Shown here: positions 18,842 through 27,221 of the stretch, in pieces | Position numbering within the stretch: the first letter of the stretch is position 1 | Layout of the letters: every line of letters starts with the position of its first letter | Assembly (NCBI GenBank): GCA_040218735.1 | Contig: JAVJQW010000062.1 | Coordinates: 1-64,000, forward strand | Origin: Deltaproteobacteria bacterium | GTDB taxonomy: Bacteria; Myxococcota; Kuafuiibacteriia; Kuafuiibacteriales; Kuafuiibacteriaceae | Direction: 5' to 3' | Length of the DNA: 64,000 nt | The notes under the pieces: generated by a model | What the model was told of the DNA's origin: nothing | The model's database searches: none | Seen by the model: only the letters and a program-made list of their open reading frames with translations | Translations under genes and position numbers: made by a program

Positions 18842-19517
18842 CGAGCACCACCCTCGACAGGAACGGCATCACGTCGCGGATCGGCATCACACGAACACGC
18901 CGACGTCCACGGGCGATCGCGATGCCGACCAGCGCGCCGTCGGCGGCGAGGACGGGACGACCGGGCGCCCCGGGCACCTCGACCCACGCCGTGCGGCGGC
19001 CGTCCTTGCCGCGCTTCGGAGCCGACGCCACGACGCCAGCATGCGGTTCGGCGCGCCCCTTCTTGTCGTGGCCGAGGATGACGACCCAGGTCTCCGGGTA
19101 CAGCGGATCGTCGCGCTGGGCCCGCAGCGGGAGGCGGTCGAGGTGGTCGACGATGCCGACGCCGAGGCCCAGCGTTCGGTCGAAGCCGAGGAGGCGCCCC
19201 GCGTGTTCGATGCCTTCATCGGTCCGCACCGAGAGCGCGGCGGTGGGCGCGCGTTCGAGCCCGAACACAAACTCCCCGTTGGCGCCGATGACGAAGCCCG
19301 TCACCCACTCGGGGCGGTCCGTGCGCACCTTCACACGCACGAGCGCTGCACGATGTTTGGAGAAAACACGTCCAAATGCCGAAGGACCGAGGGGACGCGT
19401 CCGCGGTGGCGCGGCATACCCCGAGAAAGGACCGCCCGTGAAAAGAACGAAACCGATCGCGAGGAGGAACGTTGAACGGAGTGTGCTGGCAGCCACTTCG
19501 GCGGTCCGGACCCGCAA
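18831..19517 (-). CDS. Trypsin-like (HtrA protease-domain fold) protein lacking the catalytic triad
   Basis: TGFVIGANGEFV, LLGFDRTLGLGV, WVVILGH, PGAPGRPVLAADGALVGI align by eye to HtrA motifs without His, Asp or Ser; the start is uncertain. Confidence 0.7.
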   Translation of the reverse strand: MRVRTAEVAASTLRSTFLLAIGFVLFTGGPFSGYAAPPRTRPLGPSAFGRVFSKHRAALVRVKVRTDRPEWVTGFVIGANGEFVFGLERAPTAALSVRTDEGIEHAGRLLGFDRTLGLGVGIVDHLDRLPLRAQRDDPLYPETWVVILGHDKKGRAEPHAGVVASAPKRGKDGRRTAWVEVPGAPGRPVLAADGALVGIAIARGRRRVRVMPIRDVMPFLSRVVLGGS

Positions 19518-19544
19518 CGACTATACTCGACGGGAGGTACGTTC

Positions 19545-20507
19545 ATGAACCGCGTTCGACACTTGGCTTGGCTTTTCGGGACGTCCCTCCTCCTGGGCGC
19601 TGCGCCGCCGGCGAAGTCGACGCCGAAGACGGTGCAGCCGCTGAAGCGCCCGCAGCTGTTGGGGCGGCTCCGCCCCGACCTGCGAAAGCGTACGGCGCGC
19701 AAGCGTGTCGTCCCGAAGGCGAAGCGGGAGGCGCTCCCGAAGTGTGAAGGGATGGCCGTGCTGCCGACGCACGATACGCGCCCCTTCGCGATCGGCGAGG
19801 AGCTGTCGTACGAGCTGACGGTGGCCGGTGCGTACCTCGGTCGCTTCGAGACGAAGGTCGGCAAGCCCCGCCGCGTGGGCGGGGAGACGGTCATCCCGCT
19901 GTTCGGACGCGCGCGGACGAACTCGTTCGTGTCGGCGATCCAGCCGTTCGCCGGGCGCTACATGGCGATGGTGAACCCCGAGACGCTGCGCCCAGTCGGG
20001 CTGCGCGTGGAGGCGAAGTTCGGGGACGACGATCGCTGGGAGAAGGTGAAGTTCTCGAAGGACCTCGAGAAGGCGACGGTCGACTACCGCCTCAAGGGAC
20101 ACGAGCGTCGGCGCGACTGGATGACGGACCACCAGCTGACGGACCTGCTGTCGATGCTCTACGCGGCGCGCTCCGTCCGCATCACGCCCGGCGCGACGGC
20201 GTGTCAGGACGTCTTCGGGGCGCGGCGGCTGTGGCGCATGGACGCGAAGGTCGAGGGGATCGAGAAGGTCGACACGCCGGTGGGGAAGAAGGACGCGTTC
20301 AAGGTCGCGACCAAGTTCCTCCGGAAGAACCACCGCACGCTGAGCCGGACGAACCGCCCGCGCGCGGAGGTCGACATCTACTTCGCTGCGGACGGGTCGC
20401 AGACCCCGCTGAAGTTCGTGGTGCGTAGCCAGGGCGTGGAGGCGACGGGCACGCTGGTGCGCTGGTCGCTCGAGGGCGGATCGAGCGAGGACACCTGGGG
20501 GATCTGA
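19545..20507 (+). CDS. DUF3108-like secreted protein
   Basis: Signal peptide; PFAIGEELSYE, DLLSMLYAAR, GIEKVDTPVGKKDAFKV, IYFAAD..TPLKF; TATACT and GGAGG upstream. Confidence 0.75.
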   Translation: MNRVRHLAWLFGTSLLLGAAPPAKSTPKTVQPLKRPQLLGRLRPDLRKRTARKRVVPKAKREALPKCEGMAVLPTHDTRPFAIGEELSYELTVAGAYLGRFETKVGKPRRVGGETVIPLFGRARTNSFVSAIQPFAGRYMAMVNPETLRPVGLRVEAKFGDDDRWEKVKFSKDLEKATVDYRLKGHERRRDWMTDHQLTDLLSMLYAARSVRITPGATACQDVFGARRLWRMDAKVEGIEKVDTPVGKKDAFKVATKFLRKNHRTLSRTNRPRAEVDIYFAADGSQTPLKFVVRSQGVEATGTLVRWSLEGGSSEDTWGI

Positions 20508-20652
20508 CCCAAGCCGGGCCTTCGGAACGAATTTCGCGCGCGAGGCGATTGCGGCGCACGGCTAGGCTCAGGGCCTCGGGCGCGCGCCGGTTGCGGCTGT
20601 CGAACGAATTTCGACGCATTGTCGTCACCTCGGTGGGCGATAATCCGGGTCG

Positions 20653-21825
20653 ATGTCTCGCACGGTCCGCACCGACGACGCCCAGCGCGCGCTCGCCCGC
20701 CTCATCCGCGACGATCTCGACGCCGCCTCTCCGAACAACGACCTCGTCTCCAAGGACGAAGCCACGGCGCTCGACCCGTTCGTCCGCCGCGCCGAGGGTG
20801 CGGTCCGCGACGGCAAGCCGCGCTACGGTCGCGTCACGAAGAACGAGGTCGTCGACCGCGCGATGACCGACGCGATGGCGGCGTGGAACGGCGTCAACCC
20901 GCGCTCGAAGCCACGGGACCACCGCACGCTCGCACAGAGCGAGATACGCGCGCTCGCCGACCGCGACCCGGAGCTCGGCGCGCTCACGCGACGTGCGTAC
21001 GACGTCGTGCGCGGCGGGGTGGATCGGCCGACGGCGGTGCGTGCTGCGATCGAGGCGCAGCCGGGGATCGGCGCGCTGCTACGGAGGACGAGCTCTTTCG
21101 GCACCCGCATCGACGCCCGCGAAGGCCAAGCAGGGCGTGCGGATCTCCCGGCGTCGGTGGTGTCGGCGTTCGACGCGCACTTCGTGACGGAGGCGACGGA
21201 CCGTGGCGCGGCGACGCTCAAGCGCTTCGCGCTCGGCGGCGGCGACGTCTTCGCGCTCTACACGACCAGCGACGGCGACGACGCGATCCTCGAGCTGTTC
21301 GACACCAACGGCGCCGCGCTCGCGTCCGCGCGGTTCTTCGGCGACCGGTTCCTCCGCTGGGACGAGCACTTCGGCGGCGGGCGCTTCTTGGGGGTCTTCG
21401 GGCGCTCGGACCACCCGCACGTGGACGGCTACTCGTCGGCCGACGAGCAGCGCGCCACCGGCCAGATCGTCCGGGCGGAGTGGCAGCCCGACGCGGTCGT
21501 CCGCGACATCGCGGTGGAGCGGGACGGCAGCACGATCACCGCGGTCCGGACTCGAACCGATCTGACCCCCGCGCAGGACGAGGTCTTCCGCGCCGTCATC
21601 GCCCTCGCCTATCAGCGCACCACGCGCATCGCCGGCCCGGCGACGGGCAACTTCGACATGGGCCAATTCGGACGCGTCCGCGTCGGCACGCACCACGACC
21701 CGGTCGGCGGACGCGACTTCATCGTCGGCGACTGGATCGACCACGACGACGGCTCGTACACGTTCTACTTCAACCGCGACGCACACGGCCGGCTGGGGAT
21801 CGAGCGCGAGCAGGTGAACGGCTGA
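20653..21825 (+). CDS. Hypothetical protein (no signal peptide)
   Basis: 390-aa ORF with genome-typical codon usage and protein-like composition; no recognisable enzymatic motif. Confidence 0.75.
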   Translation: MSRTVRTDDAQRALARLIRDDLDAASPNNDLVSKDEATALDPFVRRAEGAVRDGKPRYGRVTKNEVVDRAMTDAMAAWNGVNPRSKPRDHRTLAQSEIRALADRDPELGALTRRAYDVVRGGVDRPTAVRAAIEAQPGIGALLRRTSSFGTRIDAREGQAGRADLPASVVSAFDAHFVTEATDRGAATLKRFALGGGDVFALYTTSDGDDAILELFDTNGAALASARFFGDRFLRWDEHFGGGRFLGVFGRSDHPHVDGYSSADEQRATGQIVRAEWQPDAVVRDIAVERDGSTITAVRTRTDLTPAQDEVFRAVIALAYQRTTRIAGPATGNFDMGQFGRVRVGTHHDPVGGRDFIVGDWIDHDDGSYTFYFNRDAHGRLGIEREQVNG

Positions 21826-21839
21826 CCCCCGCGTTTGCT

Positions 21840-22388
21840 TCACCCGGTGCCGGTGTCCTCCGAGTCCGTGCGCCCCGACTTCCTTCGTTGCGCGCGGCGT
21901 CCGGCGGCGATCCCACCGATCCCGATGACCGATCCCACGAAGGCGCCCGCGAAGATGTCCGTCGGGTAGTGCACGCCGAGCTGCACGCGCGAGAAGGCCA
22001 CGGCGCTCGCAGCAGGTAGGTAGATGGCCCACCCGTACGGCACCGCGCGCGCCGCCGGGACGTAGAACGCAAACGCGACCGTCGCGTGGCCGGACGGGAA
22101 GCTCTTTCCGACGCCGCAGCTCGACACCTTCACGAGGCCGTCCAACGTTCGGCAGGGGCGCTCGCGGGCGAAGGTCGGCTTGAGGATCCGCGCGGTGACG
22201 ACATCGCCAACGCCCATCGACAGCGCGATGCTCGCGACCGCCATGAAGCGCCGCTTGTAGAGCAGGTACAGCGCGGTCGGGGTGCAGATGAGCACGACCA
22301 TCCACGGCGACGACGCGAAGTTGGCCCAGCCCGCGACCCAGGGATCGGACGACCACGCGTTGACGGCCCTGACGATCGCCTCGTCCAT
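21840..22388 (-). CDS. PAP2-family membrane phosphatase
   Basis: KPTFARERP, SFPSGHA, SRVQLGVHYPTD motifs; ATG 22388. Confidence 0.92.
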   Translation of the reverse strand: MDEAIVRAVNAWSSDPWVAGWANFASSPWMVVLICTPTALYLLYKRRFMAVASIALSMGVGDVVTARILKPTFARERPCRTLDGLVKVSSCGVGKSFPSGHATVAFAFYVPAARAVPYGWAIYLPAASAVAFSRVQLGVHYPTDIFAGAFVGSVIGIGGIAAGRRAQRRKSGRTDSEDTGTG

Positions 22389-22593
22389 CGCGCGGCGCGA
22401 CGGTCCTACGCCGTGCGCGCGAACACAAGCGCACCCGTCACCCGGCGTGACCGGTAACACGTACGACGCGGCCGCTCGCCGGCCGCGCGAGGGCAGGTGC
22501 ACGATGATCAAAAGCCATTACAATGTTCCCCGATTCGTGCTACCGCGCGCTGAACGCGGGCAATACCGCGTGGTTCGTCGCTCGAGAGGAGAT

Positions 22594-25500
22594 ATGCGTA
22601 TGCTCAGGCAGCGCCTGGCTTTCACCACCTACGTCTGCGGATTCACAGTGGCCACCGCCCTCGCCACCGGTTGCGCGCGCGACCTGACGCTCGAAGACCC
22701 GGTCAACCCGGCCGACGTCACGATCGCGCAGTTCGATCCCACCAACCCGATCCCCGTGCTTCAGTTGATCCCCGCGCCGACCGCCCTGGCGCAGATCCCC
22801 GGCACGAAGCTGATCAACAAGGCCGCCGTCGCGCCCGAGCCGTGTGAGCTCCCGACGATCGCGCAGTGCCTCGCGTTCGTGGACGGCTGGTCGACGACCA
22901 CCTACCCCACGCTCTACTTCTCCAAGGCGCCCGACCAGGCCTCGCTTCAGCAGGGCATCATCTGGTTGGAGGTCGGCGCGACGGGCATTCAGCCGGTCGA
23001 GTTCACCGCGGTGATCCGGGAGCGCGACGCGATCAACCCGGCGTGCATGAGCGGTGACAACGGGAGCAACCCGGCCCAGACCTATACGGCTGACGACGTC
23101 CCGGCCGGGGTGCAGGTCAACCTGATCCCGACCTCCCCGCTCAAGCCCGGCACGCAGTACCTGATGGCGCTCGTGAGCAACGAGGGCGGCGGTCTGCGCG
23201 GCCCCGACGGCGACCAGGTGTACCCGTCGGCGCTCTTCGCCATCCTCAACACGGACGACCCGCCGGTCGCGCAGGACGGCACGATCACCGACGGCCTCCT
23301 CCGCAGCCAGGCGCAGGGCGCCGCCATCGCGCGCCTGTACCCGAACACCTCGCCCGAAGAGCTCGACGCCGACCAGCAGGCCGCCGTCGCCGCCGCGGTC
23401 GCCGCGAGCGGCGAGACCCTCGTCGGCCTCTACGCCTTCATCTCGCAGGTGAGCTCGGCGTTCCTCGACGCGGGCCTGGTCATGGACCGCAACGACCTCG
23501 TGTTCGTGAACTCCTGGGACACCGGCGAAGCGGCTGCGGCGATCGAGTTCGACCCGCAGGCGGGCATCGTCCCGATCCCCAACACGCAGCTGCTCACGGT
23601 CGAAAACGAAAACACCCCCACGGGCCTGCAGGTCAGCTTCCCGCGCGACCCGTCGAACCCCACGCGTGACGCGCTCATCGGGGGCCTCAACACCCTCGAC
23701 GGCTTCGGGCTCAGCCGCCCCGTCATGACGGTCTCCGTGAACGCGGTCCTCGACGCGTCGACGCTCCAGGACAACATCGCGATGTACGCCGTGAACAGCG
23801 AAGGCAACGCGACGGGCCCGTCGGTGCCGCTCGCGTTCCAGACGACCACGACCACGACCGCGACGACGGCGAGCACGACGATCAACATCGTCGCCTTCGG
23901 CCCGCTCCCGCAGAGCACCGACTTCGCAGTGGTCCTCAAGCGCGGCATCATGGCCGCGGACGGCCGCGAGGTGCAGCGCAACTCGACGTTCAACCTCCTC
24001 GCCCTCGACGACAACCCGTTCGTCGACGAGAGCGGAGCCGTTCAGAACCCCGTCATCGAGCAGGCGCTCCAGTGCCAGCCCGTCCCCGTGACCGGGATGC
24101 TCGCCCAGGACCCCGAGGTGCGTGGCACCGCGGCGGCGCTCGAGACGCTCCTCAACCACGCCGGTTGGACCACGACGCTGACCGCGCTCGAAAACCACAC
24201 CGACCCGGCCGAGGCCGTGGCGCGTGAGGACATCATCATGGCGTGGGGGTACACGACCCAGACGCTCACCGGCGCGGTCGGCACCGCCAAGCAGCTCATC
24301 CAGAGCGGGACCTGGGACATGGCCGTCCCCGGCCCGAAGGCGCTCGGACCGCTCCCGCCCTCCCCGATCGTCGGCACCGCGAGCATCGCGGCGACGGTTC
24401 AGGTCGTCCCGCAGTTCTGCGTACCGATCTGCGAGGTCGGCACGATGGAGCCCGGCATCGACCGCGACGACTGCGTCACGCGCGACATGGAGGGCAACAT
24501 CACCTCGATCAACCCGGCGCTCCCGGGCAACCAGTTCTGCCAGCTCGCCGTGAACATCATCGCGGGCAACCTGAACAACGCGTCGCTGTACGCGGTGAAG
24601 AGCTACGAGCTGCGTGCCGGCAACCCGTACGTCGCGGGCACCTTCGACCCGGCGAAGTTCGCCGCGCCGGATGCGTCCACGCTCCTGGTCTGGGTCATCG
24701 AGCCGAACGGCACGCCGCCGGCCGAGGGTTGGCCGGTCGTGATGTTCCAGCACGGCATCGGGCAGTTCAAGGAGACCGGCTTCTACCTCGCGAACTCGAT
24801 GGCGAACCTCGGCATCGCGACGGTGCTGATGGACCTGCCGCTGCACGGCTCGCGTGCGTCGGACCTCGCGATGCTCGTCGACACCCCGCTCGGCCCGCAG
24901 GAGGTGCCCTGCACCGACGCGAACGGCATCCCGAACATCGATCCGGCGGACGTCATGTGTGACCCGGCGACCGGCATGTGCCAGGGCGGCTGCGACGGCG
25001 TGCGGGACTCGTCGGCGACGGGTTTCCTGTCGACGAACCTCTTCGGGACCCGCGACAACCTGCGCCAGGCGACGATCGACCAGCTCGCGCTGATCGACGC
25101 CATCCAGGAGGCCTCCATGACCGGCGGACCGCTCGAGCGCCTCGACGGCACGAGCATCGGCTACATCGGGCAGTCCCTCGGCGCGATCACCGGCGGTAAC
25201 CTCGCCGCGTACGCGGACGGCCTCGGCGCTTCGGTGCTGAACGTCGGCGGCGGTGACTGGGTGACGATCCTCGAGCAGACGGTGCCGCAGATCTCGGCGC
25301 CGCTCTTCGTCGGCCTGGCGAACGCCGGCGTCTGCACGCTCATCAACCCGGCGAACCCGGGCGAAGGCTGCGTGCGCAACGCCGCGTACCTGGAGTTCCT
25401 CAACACCCTCCGCTGGATTCTCGAGCCTGCGGATCCGGTGCCGCTGTCGCAGGCGGTCCCGGACGGCCTGGGTCTGGACAACGTCCTCATCCAGATGGCG

Positions 25501-25839
25501 ACCGACGATCCGGTGGTTCCGAACGCCGCGACGGCGCTCCTGGCGGCGTCCTACGGCCTGGCGGATCTCGACCTTCGGACGGGGACGGCGACGCCGACCT
25601 CCGACCGGTTCCAGATCTACGACTTCACCGCGCTCCCGCAGTCGCGGATCGGCAGCGGCTGCCACGGTTGGATCCTCCAGCCGACGTGCGGCGGCTTCGA
25701 CATGAACGGCGACCTCGACGTTGCGGACGCACTCTGCAACTCGATCGGCGCTCAGCTGCAGGCGGGTGAGTTCCTTCTCAACCAGATGTCGGTGGCGGAT
25801 CAGCGCCCCGCGACCGTGTCGGGCATTCCGTGCCCGTAG
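22594..25839 (+). CDS. Large surface lipoprotein lipase/phospholipase (Pla-1/Cef/VolA-like alpha/beta hydrolase) with duplicated N-terminal module
   Basis: GAGAGGAG RBS, lipobox LATGC, VMFQHGIG, MDLPLHGSR, TRDNLRQ..IDQL, nucleophile GQSLG (25168-25182), DDPVVPN and GCHGWIL. Confidence 0.85.
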   Translation: MRMLRQRLAFTTYVCGFTVATALATGCARDLTLEDPVNPADVTIAQFDPTNPIPVLQLIPAPTALAQIPGTKLINKAAVAPEPCELPTIAQCLAFVDGWSTTTYPTLYFSKAPDQASLQQGIIWLEVGATGIQPVEFTAVIRERDAINPACMSGDNGSNPAQTYTADDVPAGVQVNLIPTSPLKPGTQYLMALVSNEGGGLRGPDGDQVYPSALFAILNTDDPPVAQDGTITDGLLRSQAQGAAIARLYPNTSPEELDADQQAAVAAAVAASGETLVGLYAFISQVSSAFLDAGLVMDRNDLVFVNSWDTGEAAAAIEFDPQAGIVPIPNTQLLTVENENTPTGLQVSFPRDPSNPTRDALIGGLNTLDGFGLSRPVMTVSVNAVLDASTLQDNIAMYAVNSEGNATGPSVPLAFQTTTTTTATTASTTINIVAFGPLPQSTDFAVVLKRGIMAADGREVQRNSTFNLLALDDNPFVDESGAVQNPVIEQALQCQPVPVTGMLAQDPEVRGTAAALETLLNHAGWTTTLTALENHTDPAEAVAREDIIMAWGYTTQTLTGAVGTAKQLIQSGTWDMAVPGPKALGPLPPSPIVGTASIAATVQVVPQFCVPICEVGTMEPGIDRDDCVTRDMEGNITSINPALPGNQFCQLAVNIIAGNLNNASLYAVKSYELRAGNPYVAGTFDPAKFAAPDASTLLVWVIEPNGTPPAEGWPVVMFQHGIGQFKETGFYLANSMANLGIATVLMDLPLHGSRASDLAMLVDTPLGPQEVPCTDANGIPNIDPADVMCDPATGMCQGGCDGVRDSSATGFLSTNLFGTRDNLRQATIDQLALIDAIQEASMTGGPLERLDGTSIGYIGQSLGAITGGNLAAYADGLGASVLNVGGGDWVTILEQTVPQISAPLFVGLANAGVCTLINPANPGEGCVRNAAYLEFLNTLRWILEPADPVPLSQAVPDGLGLDNVLIQMATDDPVVPNAATALLAASYGLADLDLRTGTATPTSDRFQIYDFTALPQSRIGSGCHGWILQPTCGGFDMNGDLDVADALCNSIGAQLQAGEFLLNQMSVADQRPATVSGIPCP

Positions 25840-25866
25840 GTGGATGACAGGAAGGTGGAGCAACCG

Positions 25867-27165
25867 ATGTCCAACATGAAGAAGATGCCCTGGGCCGCGA
25901 CAATCGCGGCCACCCTTGTCGCGAGCCCCGCGTTCGGCGCGGGCTTTCAGGTCAACGAGCACTCGGCGCCCAACACCGGGCGCGCGAGCTCGGTGACCGC
26001 GACCGTCGACGACCCGTCCGCGATCTTCCACAACCCCGCCGGTCTCACGCAGACCGAGGGGACGGAGTTCCAGGGCGGCGTCACGTTCATCATCCCGCGC
26101 GGCACGTACACCGGGCCGGGCAACGATCCGAACGGTGAGGTCGTCTCGCAGAGCACCACGAGCCCCGTGGTTCCGGTGCCCAACGCGTACATCTCGCGCG
26201 CGCTGTCGTCGAAGGCGTACGTCGGGTTCGGCTTCTACGCGCCGTACGGCCTCGGAATCGCGTGGGCCAACCCCGACGACTTCATCGGCCGCACGGTGGT
26301 GCAGGAGCTGAGCCTCCGCTCGTTCTTCCTCACCCCGTCGATCGCGCTGAAGCTGTCGGACATGGTGAGCGTCGCGGTCGGCGTGTCGCTCGTCCCGGCG
26401 ACCGTCTACCTGAAGCGCGTGCTCGGCGCGACGGACAACGGCCAGACGCTGTTCCCGACGTCCCGGTACTCGCAAGAGGGCACGGTGGAGATCGCCGGTA
26501 GCGCCTTCGGCGTCGGCGCAAACGCGGGCGTTCAGCTCACCCTGATCGACAACCTGAAGATCGGCCTCGCGCTCCGCTCGGCCGTCGACCTGTCGTTCTC
26601 GGGTGACGCCGACTTCGAGCTCCCGCCGGAGGCGGCCCCGGAGATCCAGGCGAACTTCCCCGACCAGGGCGGCTCCGCCAACCTGACGCTTCCGCACTCG
26701 ATCTCGTTCGGGATCGGCTGGGTGCAGGACTCGCTGACGGTGGAGGCTTCGACGCAGGTGACGCTGTGGAACTCGTACGACGAGCTCCGCCTCAACTTCG
26801 AGACGGGTCGCCCCACGCCGTCCTCCGCGTCGCCGCGCGACTGGACGGTCGTGCCGATGTTCCGCCTCGGCGGCCAGTACATGCTGGACGACCTCGCGGT
26901 TCGGGCGGGCGTCGCGTACGACATCTCGCCCGCGCCGGACGAGACGGTCGACCCGACCCTCCCGGACAACGACCGTTTCATCTTCTCGGCGGGCGCCGGC
27001 TACGACTTCGGGTTCCTGCGCGCGGATGTCGCGTACATGGGCCTGTATGTCTTCGGTCGCGACGTCCCGGCGGGAACGAACCTCAACTTCGCGCGTCAGT
27101 CCGACAGCACGTACGAGGGTGGCTTCGTCCACGTCATCTCGACGTCGCTCGGGGTGAAGATCTAG
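25867..27165 (+). CDS. fadL: OmpP1/FadL-family long-chain fatty acid outer-membrane transporter
   Basis: Signal peptide, then AGFQVNEHSA..TGRA, DDPSAIFHNPAGL, APYGL, PTLPDNDR. Confidence 0.92.
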   Translation: MSNMKKMPWAATIAATLVASPAFGAGFQVNEHSAPNTGRASSVTATVDDPSAIFHNPAGLTQTEGTEFQGGVTFIIPRGTYTGPGNDPNGEVVSQSTTSPVVPVPNAYISRALSSKAYVGFGFYAPYGLGIAWANPDDFIGRTVVQELSLRSFFLTPSIALKLSDMVSVAVGVSLVPATVYLKRVLGATDNGQTLFPTSRYSQEGTVEIAGSAFGVGANAGVQLTLIDNLKIGLALRSAVDLSFSGDADFELPPEAAPEIQANFPDQGGSANLTLPHSISFGIGWVQDSLTVEASTQVTLWNSYDELRLNFETGRPTPSSASPRDWTVVPMFRLGGQYMLDDLAVRAGVAYDISPAPDETVDPTLPDNDRFIFSAGAGYDFGFLRADVAYMGLYVFGRDVPAGTNLNFARQSDSTYEGGFVHVISTSLGVKI

Positions 27166-27221
27166 CGCGATCGCCGCCACCGCTGCGGTGAAGTGACCTG
27201 GGCGCAGGAGGTCAACGAACC

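Noticed and set aside
22540-27180. 1546-aa minus-strand ORF (and similar long ORFs 6078-8717, 39859-42750, 58990-61884)
   Set aside because: These are antisense shadows of well-supported genes, caused by high GC3; they are Arg/Val/Gly-rich with no motifs.
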